Below the pieces are notes generated by a model. That model did not search any database. It was not told the DNA's origin and saw only the letters and a program-made list of their open reading frames with translations. The position numbers were made by a program, and so were the translations under genes. Below are positions 36,791 to 50,703 of a stretch of DNA of 64,000 bases, in pieces. The stretch's first letter is position 1. Every line of letters begins with the position of its first letter. Source of the stretch: Octopus vulgaris (taxonomy: Eukaryota); contig OX597823.1 in NCBI GenBank assembly GCA_951406725.2, positions 6,014,001 through 6,078,000 on the forward strand, written 5' to 3'.

Positions 36791-39728
36791 TGCAAGAAAT
36801 AAGGTGGAGAGGAGGATCAGCTAGGTTCCTCACAGGCAAGGAACGCAGGTACAAGATTTTCTGGGCAGGGAACACTGACGGGGTTGGTGGCGTGGGTATA
36901 CTTATCGCTGAGAAATGGGTAGATAAAGTAATTGAGGTAATCAGAGTAAGTGACAGAATACTTAAGATTAGATTAGTGCTTCATCATAGTTTAGCAACCA
37001 TTATATCAGCCTATGCTCCTCAGTCGGGGCTACCCGATGGACAGAAAGACCGATTCTATGACACTCTACTGCAGACTACCTCATTGACGAACGACAGAGA
37101 CCTTATCTTTGTGGCTGGTGACTTCAATGGTCACGTTGGACGACATGCTGGGGGCTTCCATGGCGTACATGGAGGCTATGGCTATGGCTCCCGCAACGAG
37201 GAGGGAACCAGGCTGCTGGAGTTCTGCGATGCAAATAATCTTATGATTTGCAACACTAACTTCAGGAAACCTACCAGCCACCTAGTCACTTACCAATCGG
37301 GCCAACATACCAGCCAAATTGACTACATCCTTACAAGGCAAAGGGAGAGATGGCTGCTTATAAATGCCAAAACCTTCCCAGGTGAAGAATGTACCCCACA
37401 ACATAGACTGGTAGTTAGTGACTTTAGGATCAGGACTAGGAGGACAACCAGAAGACGACAAATATGGAGAAGAAGGATCTGGAAGCTTAAAGATCCTGCA
37501 AATGGACAGAGATTTAGGGACATATTACTTGAAGCCTCTGACGAAGTAGAAGGGGATAGAGCATCACAGGGGGTAGAAGACAGCTGGACGTTTCTAAGGG
37601 ACAACCTGCTGAGAGCCACTGACCAGATCTGTGGCTGGTGCAAAGTCCCCTCTCGACCTAGAATAACGTGGTGGTGGAACAACATTGTAGACAGGGCTAT
37701 TAGAGAAAAGAGACAGGCTTGGAAGGTCTGGAAAAATGGGGGTAGCAGGGAATTGTATCAGACTGCCAAAAGAGAAGCTAGGAGACAGGTTTATTTAGCC
37801 AGAGGGGAAGCAGATAAGAAAAAATTTGCCAATGTTCTGCGCCGTGAGGACCAAAAACTGGAGGTGTTTCGTGTTGCAAGACAGTGTGTGAGAGAGAATC
37901 GTGATGTGGTAGGAGAGAAGTGTGTTCGCATGGAAGATGGTTCACTTGCGCTAAATGAGGATGCAAAGAGAGAGGTTTGGAGATGCCACTATGAAAGGTT
38001 GCTGAATGAAGAAAATGAATGGGATAAAGAGAGTCTGCCGAATGTTGACCCAACAGAGGGACCAGCTATCCGAGTTGATAGTTCTGTGGTAGCTAAGGCA
38101 ATTAGAAGCATGAAGACAGGGAAAGCCCCAGGCCCATCAGGAATCACTGCAGAGATGCTCAAAATGTCTGGTAGTGTTGGCTATAGCCTAGTCACCCATA
38201 TAGTTAATCAGGTGATACACAAAGGGGTCATACCCAATGACTGGTGTAGCAGTATAATAGTCAACTGCTACAAAGGTAAAGGTGATGCCCTAGATACAAA
38301 TAACTACAGAGGTATCAAGCTGTTGGACCAGGTGATGAAGGTTACAGAGAGGGTCATAGCCCAACTAATTAGAGAGAGAGTTAGTTTAGATGAGATGCAG
38401 TTTGGGTTTGTGCCAGGGAAAAGTACTACTGATGCTATATTCCTGGTAAGGCAGCTGCAGGAAAAATACCTAGCCAAAGATAAGCCCCTGTACCTGGCTT
38501 TTGTTGACATGGAGAAAGCCTTCGACAGGGTCCCCCGATCCCTTATCTGGTGGGCAATGAGAAAACTAGGGATAGATGAATGGTTAGTGAGAGCTGTGCG
38601 GGCCATGTATAGGGACGCCGCTAGTAGGGTGAGGGTTGGAAATGAGTACAGTGAAGAATTCCGGGTAGAGGTAGGGGTCCACCAAGGCTCAGTACTCAGC
38701 CCCTCCTATTTATCATAGTCCTCCAGGCAATAACGGAGGAATTCAAGACAGGATGCCCTTGGGAGCTCCTCTATGCTGATGACCTTGCTCTAATTGCTGA
38801 GTCGCTATCAGAACTGGAGGAGAAGTTTCAGGTGTGGAAACAAGGATTAGAATCGAAGGGCCTTAGAGTCAATCTAGCTAAAACCAAAGTCGTAATCAGT
38901 AGGAAGGTTGACAAATCACAAACACCTTCAGGTAGATGGCCCTGCTCGATCTGTAGAAAAGGTGTAGGTAGAAACTCTATAAGATGCACCAAGTGTAAGC
39001 TATGGACACATAAGAGATGCAGCAATGTCAAAGGAAGGCTAACTAGGAAGATGGTTTTTGTATGTGGCAGATGCTCAGGAACAATAAACACTGAAAATGC
39101 TCTGAGACCAACTTCTGTCACTTTCCAGGGAGAAAAACTAGAAATAGTTGATAGTTTCCGTTACCTAGGTGACCAAGTCAGCAGCGGGGGCGGGTGTGCT
39201 GAAAGTGTAACTGCTAGAGTAAGAATAGCTTGGGCAAAGTTCAGAGAGCTCTTACCTCTGCTGGTGACAAAAGGCCTCTCGCACAGAGTGAAAGGCAGAC
39301 TGTATGATGCGTGTGTACGAACAGCCATGCTACATGGCAGTAAAACATGGGCCGTGACTGCTGAGGATATGCGTAAGCTCGCTAGAAATGAAGCCAGTAT
39401 GCTCCGATGGATGTGTAATGTCAGTACTCACACTCGGCAGAGTGTAAGTACCTTGAGAGAAAAGCTGGACCTAAGAAGCATCAGTTGTGGTGTGCAAGAG
39501 AGACGTTTGCGCTGGTATGGTCATGTGGCGAGAATGGATGAAGATAGTTGTGTGAAAAAGTGCCACGCCCTAGCGGTTGAGGGAACCTGTGGAAGAGGCA
39601 GACCCAGGAAAACCTGGGACGAGGTGGTGAAGCACGACCTTCGAACTTTAGGTCTCACTGAGGAAATGACTAGAGACCGAGACCTCTGGAAGTGTGCTGT
39701 GCGCGAGAAGACCCGACAGGACAAGTGA
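36790..39728 (+). pseudogene. LINE ORF: apurinic endonuclease + reverse transcriptase + PHD finger, with a 1-bp frameshift near 38700
   Basis: Motifs QE, AYAP, GDFNGHVG, QIDYIL, QHRLV (APE) and KAPGPSG, YRGIKLL, QFGF, FVDMEKAFDRV, GVHQGSVLSP, YADD (38772-38783), FRYLG (RT). Adding one C in the run at 38700-38703 joins the two ORFs into ~979 aa. Confidence 0.93.
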
Positions 39729-40339
39729 GTCCACAACCCGTGGCCTTCTACATGGGATGGAGCCAGCCTACGTATGCATACCTTCCCTTCTTGGGACACA
39801 AAACTCTACTTGTGAAGACGTGTTGAGGCAAGTGAGGATCAGAATCGAAATCGATCAATGGAAATTGCGGATGTGCTACCAGTGCCGGTGGCATGTCGAA
39901 ACTCTGCTTGTGAAGACCCATTGAGGCAAGTGAGGATCAGAATCGAAATCGATCAATGGAAATCGATCAATGGAAATTGCAGATGTGTTACCAGTGCCGG
40001 TGGCATGTAAGAGAACTTTCCGTTTCGCGACCGTTGCCAGCACCGCCCCGTTTCGTGTCCGTTGCCAGCCTCGCCTGGCCCTCGTGCCGGTGGCACATAA
40101 AAAGCACCATCCGTTCGTGGCCGTTTGCCAGCTCTGTCTGGCACCAGTGCGGGTGGCACGTAAAAAGCACCCACTACACTCACGGAGTGGTTGGCGTTAG
40201 GAAGGGCATCCAGCCGTAGAAACACTGCCAGATTTGACTGGGCCTGATGAAGCCTTCTGGCTTCACAGACCCCAGCAGAACCGTCCAACCCATGCTAGCA
40301 TGGAAAACGGACGCTAAATGATGATGATGATGATGATGA
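36790..40339 (+). mobile_element. RTE-clade LINE, 5'-truncated, antisense to the host gene
   Basis: Single APE-RT ORF, a ~600-bp 3' UTR with internal repeats and a (GAT)n tail. The 5' end abuts a (TA)n tract. Confidence 0.95.
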
Positions 40340-41061
40340 TATATTCATATATAAATATAATGATAAAAAATATATAAACATAATGATAAAAAATTATGAT
40401 CGTATATTATTTAATTATATAATTATAACCATATATGACGATGTAATTATAGCCATATGCTTGATCAGAAATAATCTGGGGGCCAAATAACAACAACAAC
40501 AACAATATTAGATCTCTTCAGAAGATGGGAAAGAAAGATTAAGAGTTGCAGTGCACATGGTTTTTGCAAGAAACAGATGTAACAGATTTGAGTTGCTCCA
40601 GGCCCCTCACATTCCCCACCCCCGCCCCTCCACTTTCTCATCTCCCCACTGTTTGTATTTCACTGTTTCACTTTGTTTAAAACATAAACATCTCCTCAGT
40701 TATTTCAGTTGCAGCTCTGAAGCTCTATTTATCTATCTACATCTGCCCACATCTGTCTCGGTTTGTAAATATCTTCTCTCGTACCATCCCACTCGGACAT
40801 CACACTGACACAGACTTCTGACAAGATAAAGTCTCTGACTTTTCTTCGAATGATGATAAGAAAGAAACATATGGCCAGGTATTGGGACAAGCACCTGACA
40901 GGTCAGTGGTTCATATCTTATCAACTGGCACTGTATTCTGTCCATGGGCCAAGCTGCTTAGCTTTTGATGGCCTCAATTGTTCAAACTCTAACTATAAGA
41001 ATGAAATTTGAAAACTTCCCAAAAGTGCAATGTGCATAAAGAACATAGAGTTAAATATGAG

Positions 41062-41255
41062 TCACCATGATAGATCATTAGCCACTACACACATTTTTTT
41101 CTCTCCTTGTTTTTTCTGTGTCCCTTTCTGTAGAAGAGCGTAGGCTCGAAACATAAAAGACTTTTTCTATTCCTGAGCATTATACTAATACATCTGTTTG
41201 TTTTCTACACCACCTGTCTTCGTCTTTTGTTTTTTTCGTAAACTCTCCCCATATA
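41062..41255 (+). mobile_element. Second copy of the repeat at 25961-26172
   Basis: ctttCTGTAGAAgagcgtaggctcGAAAcataaaag; the downstream tcctgagc...tactaataca...cttcgtcttttgttt is also shared. Confidence 0.6.
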
Positions 41256-42709
41256 GTTAAACACAAAACAACATATTTAATGTGGTTGGCCCCAAATAAG
41301 TTTTAAACACTTGAAATTTAACCTATAATAATCAAAAAAGCTATTTATATTAATGATATTTTTTTTTCTTTTCAAGGAGGCAAGGGAAAGAACTCATCAT
41401 CCTTCTCATCATCATCATCTCTTTATGTCCAGCTTCCATGCCGATATGAGTCGGACAGCTTCATAGGGTTTGAGGATTGCATCATACTCTGATGTCTGTT
41501 TTGGCATATTACAATGTCATCAGTCCGAATATGCTTGATGCATGTTTGAACTGGAAAACAAGCTACTCATTGCACTGTGTCACGGAGAATATCTCTTGCT
41601 TGTTGACAAATGGTGTGTATTCTTTGATCAGCTCACAGCATCCCCTACCTAGACTGCGAAATGCTAGCATTTCAGCGTCGTCATCTCCTCATTGATCACA
41701 GGCACCAGGCAGACGACACTATGAGCTGATTGAAGAGATTGCCTCTCTTATGCTTTTCCAGTAACTGTACAGGGACTGGTAGAGATATATGGCAGCTCAC
41801 CATATTTTGGCATAGTTTCTATGGTTGGATGCCTTTCCTAATCTCAACCATCTCACAGAGTGAACTGGGTGCCTTTTTGTGAGGTCACCATGCAGTTTTC
41901 AAGCTAAGACCCCCCTTAATTAAGTGCGGCTACAGTAAAGAAAAAGAGAGCTTTATGCCTGAAGAGGGGTCAAAGTATGAAAGAAGAAATCAGAACCGAA
42001 CCGGTTTCTTGCTGCAGGGGAGCATCATGATTACTCACATTATAGGAAAAAAAAAACTCTGAAATTTAAATTAATTAAAAATTAGATGGAAGACAAGCAG
42101 AGGAGAGGTTTCCCTTGTCGGTTCAAGAGTCTTTCATTAGGGCAGAAGATCTGAATGCAATTTCTTCAGAGGTCTGAGTCTGAGCAAAAGAGAAGCAAGG
42201 CTGCATTACATGACTCAAACGTGAGAATGGAAGAAGTTGTTATTGGGGTAGATCTAAAGGTACTTTTAAGATGGGGTGGTTACTAGGTGTGTTTGGATTT
42301 TGTTGATTAGCCAGAGATGTAGAGAAAATTCATCTGAAGTCACGGTTTAACTGTTCTGATGTTACGGTAGACTGGAAATATCTGTGAAGTGTGACAGGAG
42401 GACATTTGTGTGTGATGGAAGATAAGGTTTATGATAGATAAGTAAAGCATGTGCTAAATTGGTTGATATTAGAAAGTAGGAATCTGTGTTTTTGTTGTGA
42501 GTGTTGTGTGTGGGGATGACTGGGGCTCAGGCATGACTATGAGGCAAAGAGGTTTATCTTGGACAAGTGTCTTCTACTATAGCCCAAGGCCAACCTAAGC
42601 CTTGCGAGTGGATTTGGCCAACGGAAACTGAAAGAAGTCCATCATGCGTGTGAGTGTGTGTGTGCATGCATGTGTGTGTAAGTGTATGTGTGTGTGTGTG
42701 TGTGTGTGT

Positions 42710-43033
42710 AAAGTAAAAGACCGTTTCTGGTCATGAATGACCATCGGATTACATCTAGAAAGCTGCCCTCCAAGGCACAAGTCCGAGCAAGATTGTTTTT
42801 ATGGAAGACCAGCAGTCACCCATGCACATCAACCTCTTCATGCCACTGATGTTATCCAAGGGAAAAGGCAAAGACCAATACAGCTTGGTACTAATGACAT
42901 TGCAACTCATTTCTGTGGCTGAATAAACTGGAGCAACGTGAAATAAAGTGTCTTGCTCAAGAACACAACACACAACCCAGTCTGGGAGCCAAACTCACAA
43001 CCTCATGATTGTGAGCCCGACACTCTAACCACT
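42710..43033 (-). mobile_element. SINE with the family-2 head and core but a different tail
   Basis: Shares ctggagcaacgtgaaataaagtgtcttgctcaag with family 2; the tail ends in ttttacttta. Second copy at 45830-46100. Confidence 0.75.
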
Positions 43034-44267
43034 CACTCTCCCTCTCTCAATGGTTTCTTCCAATTTGTCTACCAAATCCACTCACAAGGTTTTGGTCAGC
43101 TTGAAGCTATATATATAGTAAAAGACACTTGCCCAAGGCACCACAACAGTGGGACTGAACCTGGAACCATGTGGTTGGGAAGCAAGCTTCTTACCTACCC
43201 CACCCCAACAAATATATATAAGTAATGCAAAAGGGATTGAAGCAAGTTATGCAATATAACCACATTTGAATTCAACCACGCTGTTGAAACTTGTGATGTC
43301 TTGAACTATCCATTCATTCTTTGTTTACTATCTGTCTGTGCGTGTGTGTGTGTGTATACATATATATGGCTGGATGTGTGATATATATACATGCACACAC
43401 ACACACACACATACATACACAGTGAAGACTAAGTATATTTCATATCTTGCTTATATATATATACATATACTGTGCTTTCAAGGTTTCTCTCTCTCCCCAC
43501 CCCTTCCCACACATATCCATTCCCCCCCCACTCTCTCCCACCCTTCCCACACACTATCCACCCCAACCCCACTCCCCCCATCTCTCTAATCACAGCTGAG
43601 AAAATGCTGGCTCCATTTTTAGTCAGGTCCTGGTGAATAAGTGCTGCAAACTCATCAGATTATATACACAGGTTTGTTTGGTTAATACGAAAACCGTTGC
43701 CGTTATAAATACATGTCTTTTCAGTCTTCAAACTCCCAGTGTTTAGAGAATGCTACAAATATTATCAGTATCTTGGCTCAAGAAATTATTTCCAAAATTG
43801 TTTTTCTTCAATTTTTGTTCAGTTCCTTTTTTCTTTTTTTATTCTTTTTGAAAAGCAATGCTTCTCTCTTTACAGGAACACCAGAGGCTAATGGTTTAAA
43901 TATTGTATTTATATACATTACTATTTTTTAAAAATATTAATAATAATAATAATGCTAATTATTATTATTATTATTATTATTATTATTTATTGTTTAACAT
44001 CCACTTTCCAACCCATGCCAGCATGGCAAGCAGATGTTAAATGAATAATGATGATGATAATAAAGGCAAAAGGCCTCAAATTTGTGGGGTGAGGACTAGT
44101 TGACTATATTGAGCCCAGTGTTTCACTGGTTCTTAATTTATCAACTGACCCCAAAAGGATGAAAGGAAAAGTCGACTTCAGCAGAATTTGAACTCAGAAC
44201 ATAAAGACGGACGAAATACCACTAAACATTTTGCCCAGCATGCTAACGATTCGGCCAGCTTGCCTCC

Positions 44268-44314
<47 letters not shown>

Positions 44315-44316
44315 TA

Positions 44317-44360
<44 letters not shown>

Positions 44361-46495
44361 TAACTGCCCTGATGCAGTACCAGGCAGTGGCTCTCATGGC
44401 TACTGATCTTAACTGATTGGAAGTGTTATCATGTACATTGTTTTGTCTTAGTATAAAAGATGGGCTACAGTAAATATTCTGCTCAATACCACAGATTTGC
44501 TTGTCAGTTGTTTGACCTTAACCAGCTGACCATGTCCCTTAGTGGCTGACGATATGTGCATCTCTGATCATGAGCAGAAGTAGTTGGGGATCATCATAGC
44601 CATATGTTGAGAGGAATTCTTTGGGGTTTGGATAATTCACCTTTGGAAACATGGGTGTTTCGTTCAACATCCTTAAACAACCCTTATTCAGGGACCTTTT
44701 GAGTGGGATGGGTTACTCGACCAGAAGAAAATTCTAACTGGGCCCCACCTGCAAGGTCATGCGCTATTTATCTTGATATGAGATCACCATGCCATGCACA
44801 ATAGGCTACAATTTTATAATTTTAAACAAACAAAAAGTATGAAAAATTCTTGATTCTGTAATTTGATTGACTGTTAGTGCATAAAGTATACAAGCTGCCC
44901 TTAAAAAAACTTTGTGTGTTTAAAGTGACCCACAATGTAATTCATGTTGGCCAGGCCTGGACTAAATGGTTAAAGCCACTTCTTCTGACTCATTATGGTC
45001 CGAGTTCAAATTTTATCAGAGCCAAGTTTGCCTCTCATCATTTTGAGGTTGATACAATAAGAACTAGTTGAGCTCTGCGGTTGATGGAATTGACTACACC
45101 CCTTCCCCCACCCCCAAAATGTAAGGCCTTGTGACTATAGTAGAAAGTATCATCATCATCAGTAGTAGTAGTAGTAGCAGTAGTAGTAAAGCCACTGAAA
45201 GTGTCTTCTTTGGCATCGGTGATATTATACATGCCTGGCAACAACAGCTGTCAATGTATGTCAGGCATTCCTTTATTATAAGACTTCCACAGACAATCCT
45301 GTACACTCTCTACACAAGGAATGTCAACTTGGCACAGGGCCCAATCCAAACCCCGTCTCTCTAAGCCGTATTCAGGGTAGGGCTGGAATTCAGCATTAAA
45401 CTCTGCCTAAAAACATTTGTGAATATGATACATCATTGATCTGCACATTACCATGGTACCTATTTACAGTTAGTTGGATTTTACTGCTTGAGAGATGAGT
45501 TTCTTGGTCACAGACACCTCAGCACAGTGATAGGTGGGAGGTTATACACCAATGACTTTCTATTCAGCGATTTGAGATGCTAATTCTTGTTGTTTAGTCC
45601 CGAGAAACCTTGATTAAGTACTTATGTATGTAGTAATGCTATCATCATCAAAGTTTAATATTTGTATTTCATGATGGCATGGTTGGATTGTATGGCAGGA
45701 TCTGACTAGCTTAATGACTGCATTGATCTCTAGTCTCTGCTTTGACACAATTTCTATGCCAGCATACCCTTCCTAACACCAAGCACTTTACAAATTATAC
45801 TGAGTGCTTTTTCCAAGATACAGTGGTTAAAAGATAAAGGGTAAAGACCCCCTTTTGGCCATGAATGACCATGGGATTGAACCTAGAAAGTTACTCTCCG
45901 AGGCACAAGTCCAGGCAAGGTTGTTTATGGAAGACCAGTGGTCACCTGTGAATACCATACCTCCTCTCTCCACGCCACCAGTGTTATCCAAGGGAAAGGC
46001 AGCAGCGGATACAGCTTGGCGCCAGTGACGATGCAACTCATTTCTACAGCCAAGTGAACTGGAGCAACGTGAAATAAAGTGTCTTGCTCAAGAACACAAC
46101 AGTATTGTGATATAGTGGCAATGGGCCACCAAAGCCCCTTCACAGTGTGTGGGTGCAGAATTAAGGGAGGTGGCAGTGTGTTAGGTGTTGAGAGGCTAAA
46201 GTAGGATTGAGGGCCATGCTGTAGAAGAGATACATGGGTACCCTAGTACAAAAGGGAGAAAATATGGTGGAGATGAGATATCAAGATGTACCCTCAAGGT
46301 ACATGAATGTGGAAAGAGAGAGAATAGGAGGGGTGGGGGCCAGAGAATTGAGGATGGCTGGGTAAGTAGGTAGGAAAGATTAGGTAAAGTGTAGGGGGAG
46401 ACTGAAGATGCGCAGTGACAGGGATCAGTTGGGTACAGCGATGAAAGTAACGTTGAGACACAGATGTATATATAAAGAATACTCTATTTACTTAC

Positions 46496-46596
46496 GACAA
46501 TCACACCATTCTTTCCAGAAGTTTCCAAGCTGGCGCCAAACCATTCCTCAGATTTGTCTTCCTCAACCTCCAAGGTATTGTTATTGAAAGAATTAC
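46496..46596 (-). CDS. Integrin alpha subunit, internal coding exon A (beta-propeller)
   Basis: Minus strand ttttccag|GT AAT...ATT GTC|gtaagt, 101 bp, phase 1 to 0. Translates (G)NSFNNNTLEVEEDKSEEWFGASLETSGKNGVIV, matching the integrin alpha 'KS.QWFGASV' motif, and joins in frame to exon B. Confidence 0.93.
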
Positions 46597-46750
46597 CTGG
46601 AAAATGCAACAATAATAAATGGTAATTTACTTGAGATTAATTAGTAACAATTAACTTATAAAAGAATATTTCCTTGAGAATGGTGAGAAAGTGTTAGGAA
46701 AGAAGAATTTGGAAAGAAGAGAACAGAAACAAATAAAAGGATTAAGCACT

Positions 46751-46953
46751 GAAGTACCATCTTATTAGTTTAGTAATGAGGTACCATCTTGTTAATCTAG
46801 TAATGAGGTACCATCTCATTAGTTTAGTAATGAAGTACTGTTTCATTAGATTAGTAATGAGGTACTGTCTCATTAGTGTAGTTATAAGGTACCATCTCAT
46901 TGATCTAGTTATTAGGTACCATTTCATTGGTCTAGCTATGAGGTACCATCTTA
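46751..46953. repeat. 27-bp minisatellite, ~7.5 copies
   Basis: Consensus gaggtaccatctcattagtttagtaat. Confidence 0.92.
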
Positions 46954-47304
46954 CTGCCATAGTCACAGAAAGTATCCAAAATTTTGGACACTTATGGTTC
47001 TTTGGAAAGGATGAAGCAATACAGGAGCTTTCATACCACAGTCATAGAAAGAAGAATACTTACATGTGTATGTGTGCGTGTGTATGTCTGTGTGTGTGTG
47101 TGTGTGTGTGTGCCAATTAATTTGATGCCATGCAAATATAAAGCTCTACTTCATCACAGAAGTAATTGTTACAGAACTGAAAGGAAGTCAGGAACTCGGT
47201 CACCATTGGCGCTTAGCAACAGCAGTAGGGAAACATGTGGGGAAACTTTACCCAACCACAACCGCATATATGTATGTACATATATCTATCTATCTATCTA
47301 TCTG

Positions 47305-47361
<57 letters not shown>

Positions 47362-47518
47362 TTAAAAATAGGATAAAATCTTCATAAGAAATTATCAAGT
47401 AGTTAGCATGAAAAACCTCATAAGAAAAAATGAGCATCAATTTTTTCTTTTTAAATTTATTTATTTATAATATATAGAGGGCACTATTACACATAGATGC
47501 ATCTATGTGTAATAGTGC

Positions 47519-47551
<33 letters not shown>

Positions 47552-47564
47552 GAAGGCACTATTA

Positions 47565-48521
47565 CATATATACATACATACATACACACACACATACACA
47601 CACACACACACACACATACATACATACATACGTACATACATACGTACGTACATGCATACATACATACATGCATACATGCATGCATACACACACACATACA
47701 TACATACATACATACGTACATACATACATACATACATACATGCATACACACATACAAACATACATACAAACATACATACATACATACATACATACGTACA
47801 TACATACATACATACATACATACATACAAACAACCATACATACATACATACATACATACATACATACATACATACATACATACATACATACATACATACA
47901 TACATACATACATACAACCATACATACATACATACATACATACATACATACAACCATACATACATACATACATACATACATACAAACATACATACAAACA
48001 TACATACAAACATACATACAAACATACATACATACATACAAATATACATACATACATACATACATACATACAAATATACATACATACATACATACATACA
48101 TACAAACATACATACATACATACATATACACACACATACATACACACATACATACATACATACATACATACAAATATACATACATACATACATACATACA
48201 AACATACATACAAACATACATACATACATACACACACACATACATACACACATACATACATACATACATACAAATATACATACATACATACATACATACA
48301 TACATACAAACATACATACATACATACATACATACAAATATACATACATACATACGTACATACATACATACATACATACATACATACATACATACATACA
48401 TACATACCATACATACATACATACATACATACATACATACACACACACATACATACATACATACATACACACATACATACATACATACATACATACACAC
48501 ATACATACATACATACATACA

Positions 48522-48553
<32 letters not shown>

Positions 48554-48561
48554 CACATACA
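47565..48561. repeat. (CATA)n tetranucleotide tract, ~1 kb
   Basis: Read directly. Confidence 0.97.
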
Positions 48562-48842
48562 TGCTATATATTTTGTTTTTTCCGTTGCCTTCCTTAATTG
48601 GGGAAAGAATTCTCGTTCTGATAGTGTGAGATGATGGAATAGAAATTAGGAAAGAAGGATGATTGTATTTTTAAAACATGTGCCTGACATTTTCTGCAAC
48701 AACCATTGCTGGCTGACAGCACCAGCGCCATCTGTTGTTCCAGTATTATTATTAGTATCATCAACACCCCACCCAGACCAGCCTTAAGAGACTTTATCAT
48801 TCAATTGCTACCACCACCACTACAACTACTTCTACTACTACA

Positions 48843-48886
<44 letters not shown>

Positions 48887-49033
48887 TATGATTATAACCA
48901 CCACCACTACTGCTACCACCTATGCCTTATTGCTATTGAGGTCAATAGAATAAACAGTAATCTACTGGGATCAATTTAATTACCCAATTCCCTCACACCA
49001 AGTTTCTAACCTTGTGCCCTAATTTAGAAGCAA

Positions 49034-49077
49034 TTACTACTACTACTACTACCACTACTACTACTACTACTACTACA

Positions 49078-49117
<40 letters not shown>

Positions 49118-49237
49118 TCTTCTACTACTACTACTACTACTTCTACAACTACTACTATTACTACTACTACTACTACTACTTCTTCTACTACTACAACTAT
49201 TACTTCTACTACTACTACTACTTCTACTACTACTACA

Positions 49238-49273
<36 letters not shown>

Positions 49274-49813
49274 TCTTCTACTACTACAACTATTACTTCT
49301 ACTACTACTATTACTTCTACTACTACTACAACTACTACTACTACTACTACTTCTACAACTACTACTATTACTACTACTACTACTACTTCTTCTTCTACTA
49401 CTACAACTATTACTTCTACTACTACTACTACAACTACTACTATTACTACTACTACTACTACTTCTACAACTACTACAACTATTACTTCTACTACTACTAT
49501 TACTTCTACTACTACTACTACAACTACTACTATTACTACTACTACTACTACTTCTACAACTACTACAACTATTACTTCTACTACTACTATTACTTCTACT
49601 ACTACTACTACTACAACTACTGCTGCTGCTGCTGCTTAGATGCTGAGAGTGACCTACCTTAACTTCATCTTTTTAAACCTGCCACCATTAGCATTTTTAA
49701 CACAACCCCTACTGTCACCACCACCGCCACCACCACCACCACCACCACCACCACCGCCACCACCACCACTGCCACCACCACCACCACCACCACCACCACC
49801 ACCGCCGCCGCCG
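49034..49813. repeat. (TAC)n compound tract followed by (CCA)n
   Basis: Read directly (49034-49635; 49716-49813). Confidence 0.95.
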
Positions 49814-50478
49814 TCCCCACTTTCACTCTAACTGTTGCCATCAACTCCACCACTGTTGCAGCGATTGAACAACAACAAAGTAGTCTTTAATGAACCAATG
49901 ATGGAGCCTCTATCAGGTCACTTAAGAGGCTAGAAATAATAGTCAAAATCATTTTTGAATCATGCCCTGTTATATTAAAAAGGAAAAATGACACTGATAA
50001 TGTTGCCTGGGTTACATGATGCAACCCCTCCCCCCACAAACAAACAAAAATAAAAAAGAAACATGTAGAAAGGTCATGGTTGGAATGGCTTTGTCTTATA
50101 AGGCAGAGTAATCAAAGTTTAAACGGGAATTAAACAACAAAAACAATGGCAATTCTTGATGTTACAAAAGGTGAGGTAAGGGACATCACTCAAATGGACC
50201 GAGGACGAATTTATGTAATCCATGTGGATCAGGAATTCTCAAACTTTTCTTGAAGAGGTTGGGGCATACCCTGAGTGAGGAATTCTTGTGGAATGGCCAC
50301 GGATACCACAGAACAGATAACAATAGACATGCATTCAGGATTGTCTTCGTTTTTGGCAGCCATTTGTTGAGACAGATTTTATTCAGCTGGATGCCTTTAC
50401 TGTCAGCAACCCTCAACTGTTTCTGAGTACAGCAATATTTCCCCATGGCCAGACAAGTTTCTAAGTAAGATTGGCGAC

Positions 50479-50703
50479 AAAGGATATGTCAGGAACCTTC
50501 TAATCTAAAACATAAGGGAGAGAGAGAGAGAGAAAGAGGGAGATATTATCAGCAGGCAACTTTGCTAGGGTTTTCTCATACCAGACATGAATAAATGTTT
50601 TACTGATGGCAACAGAACACCCATTGCTTTTGTCAAAGATCTTAAAAGGAGAGTCTTTGGTAGACAGAAATACACACACACTGTCTTAATCACAAATGCA
50701 CAT
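50479..50703 (+). repeat. Left arm of a ~220-bp inverted repeat
   Basis: Reverse complement of 54683-54904 with few mismatches. Confidence 0.92.

Noticed and set aside
47497-48629. 325-366 aa HTYI/MYVC ORFs
   Set aside because: Translations of (CATA)n.
49012-49853. Poly-T/Y/P ORFs (mucin- or extensin-like)
   Set aside because: (TAC)n and (CCA)n microsatellites with no splice or domain support.
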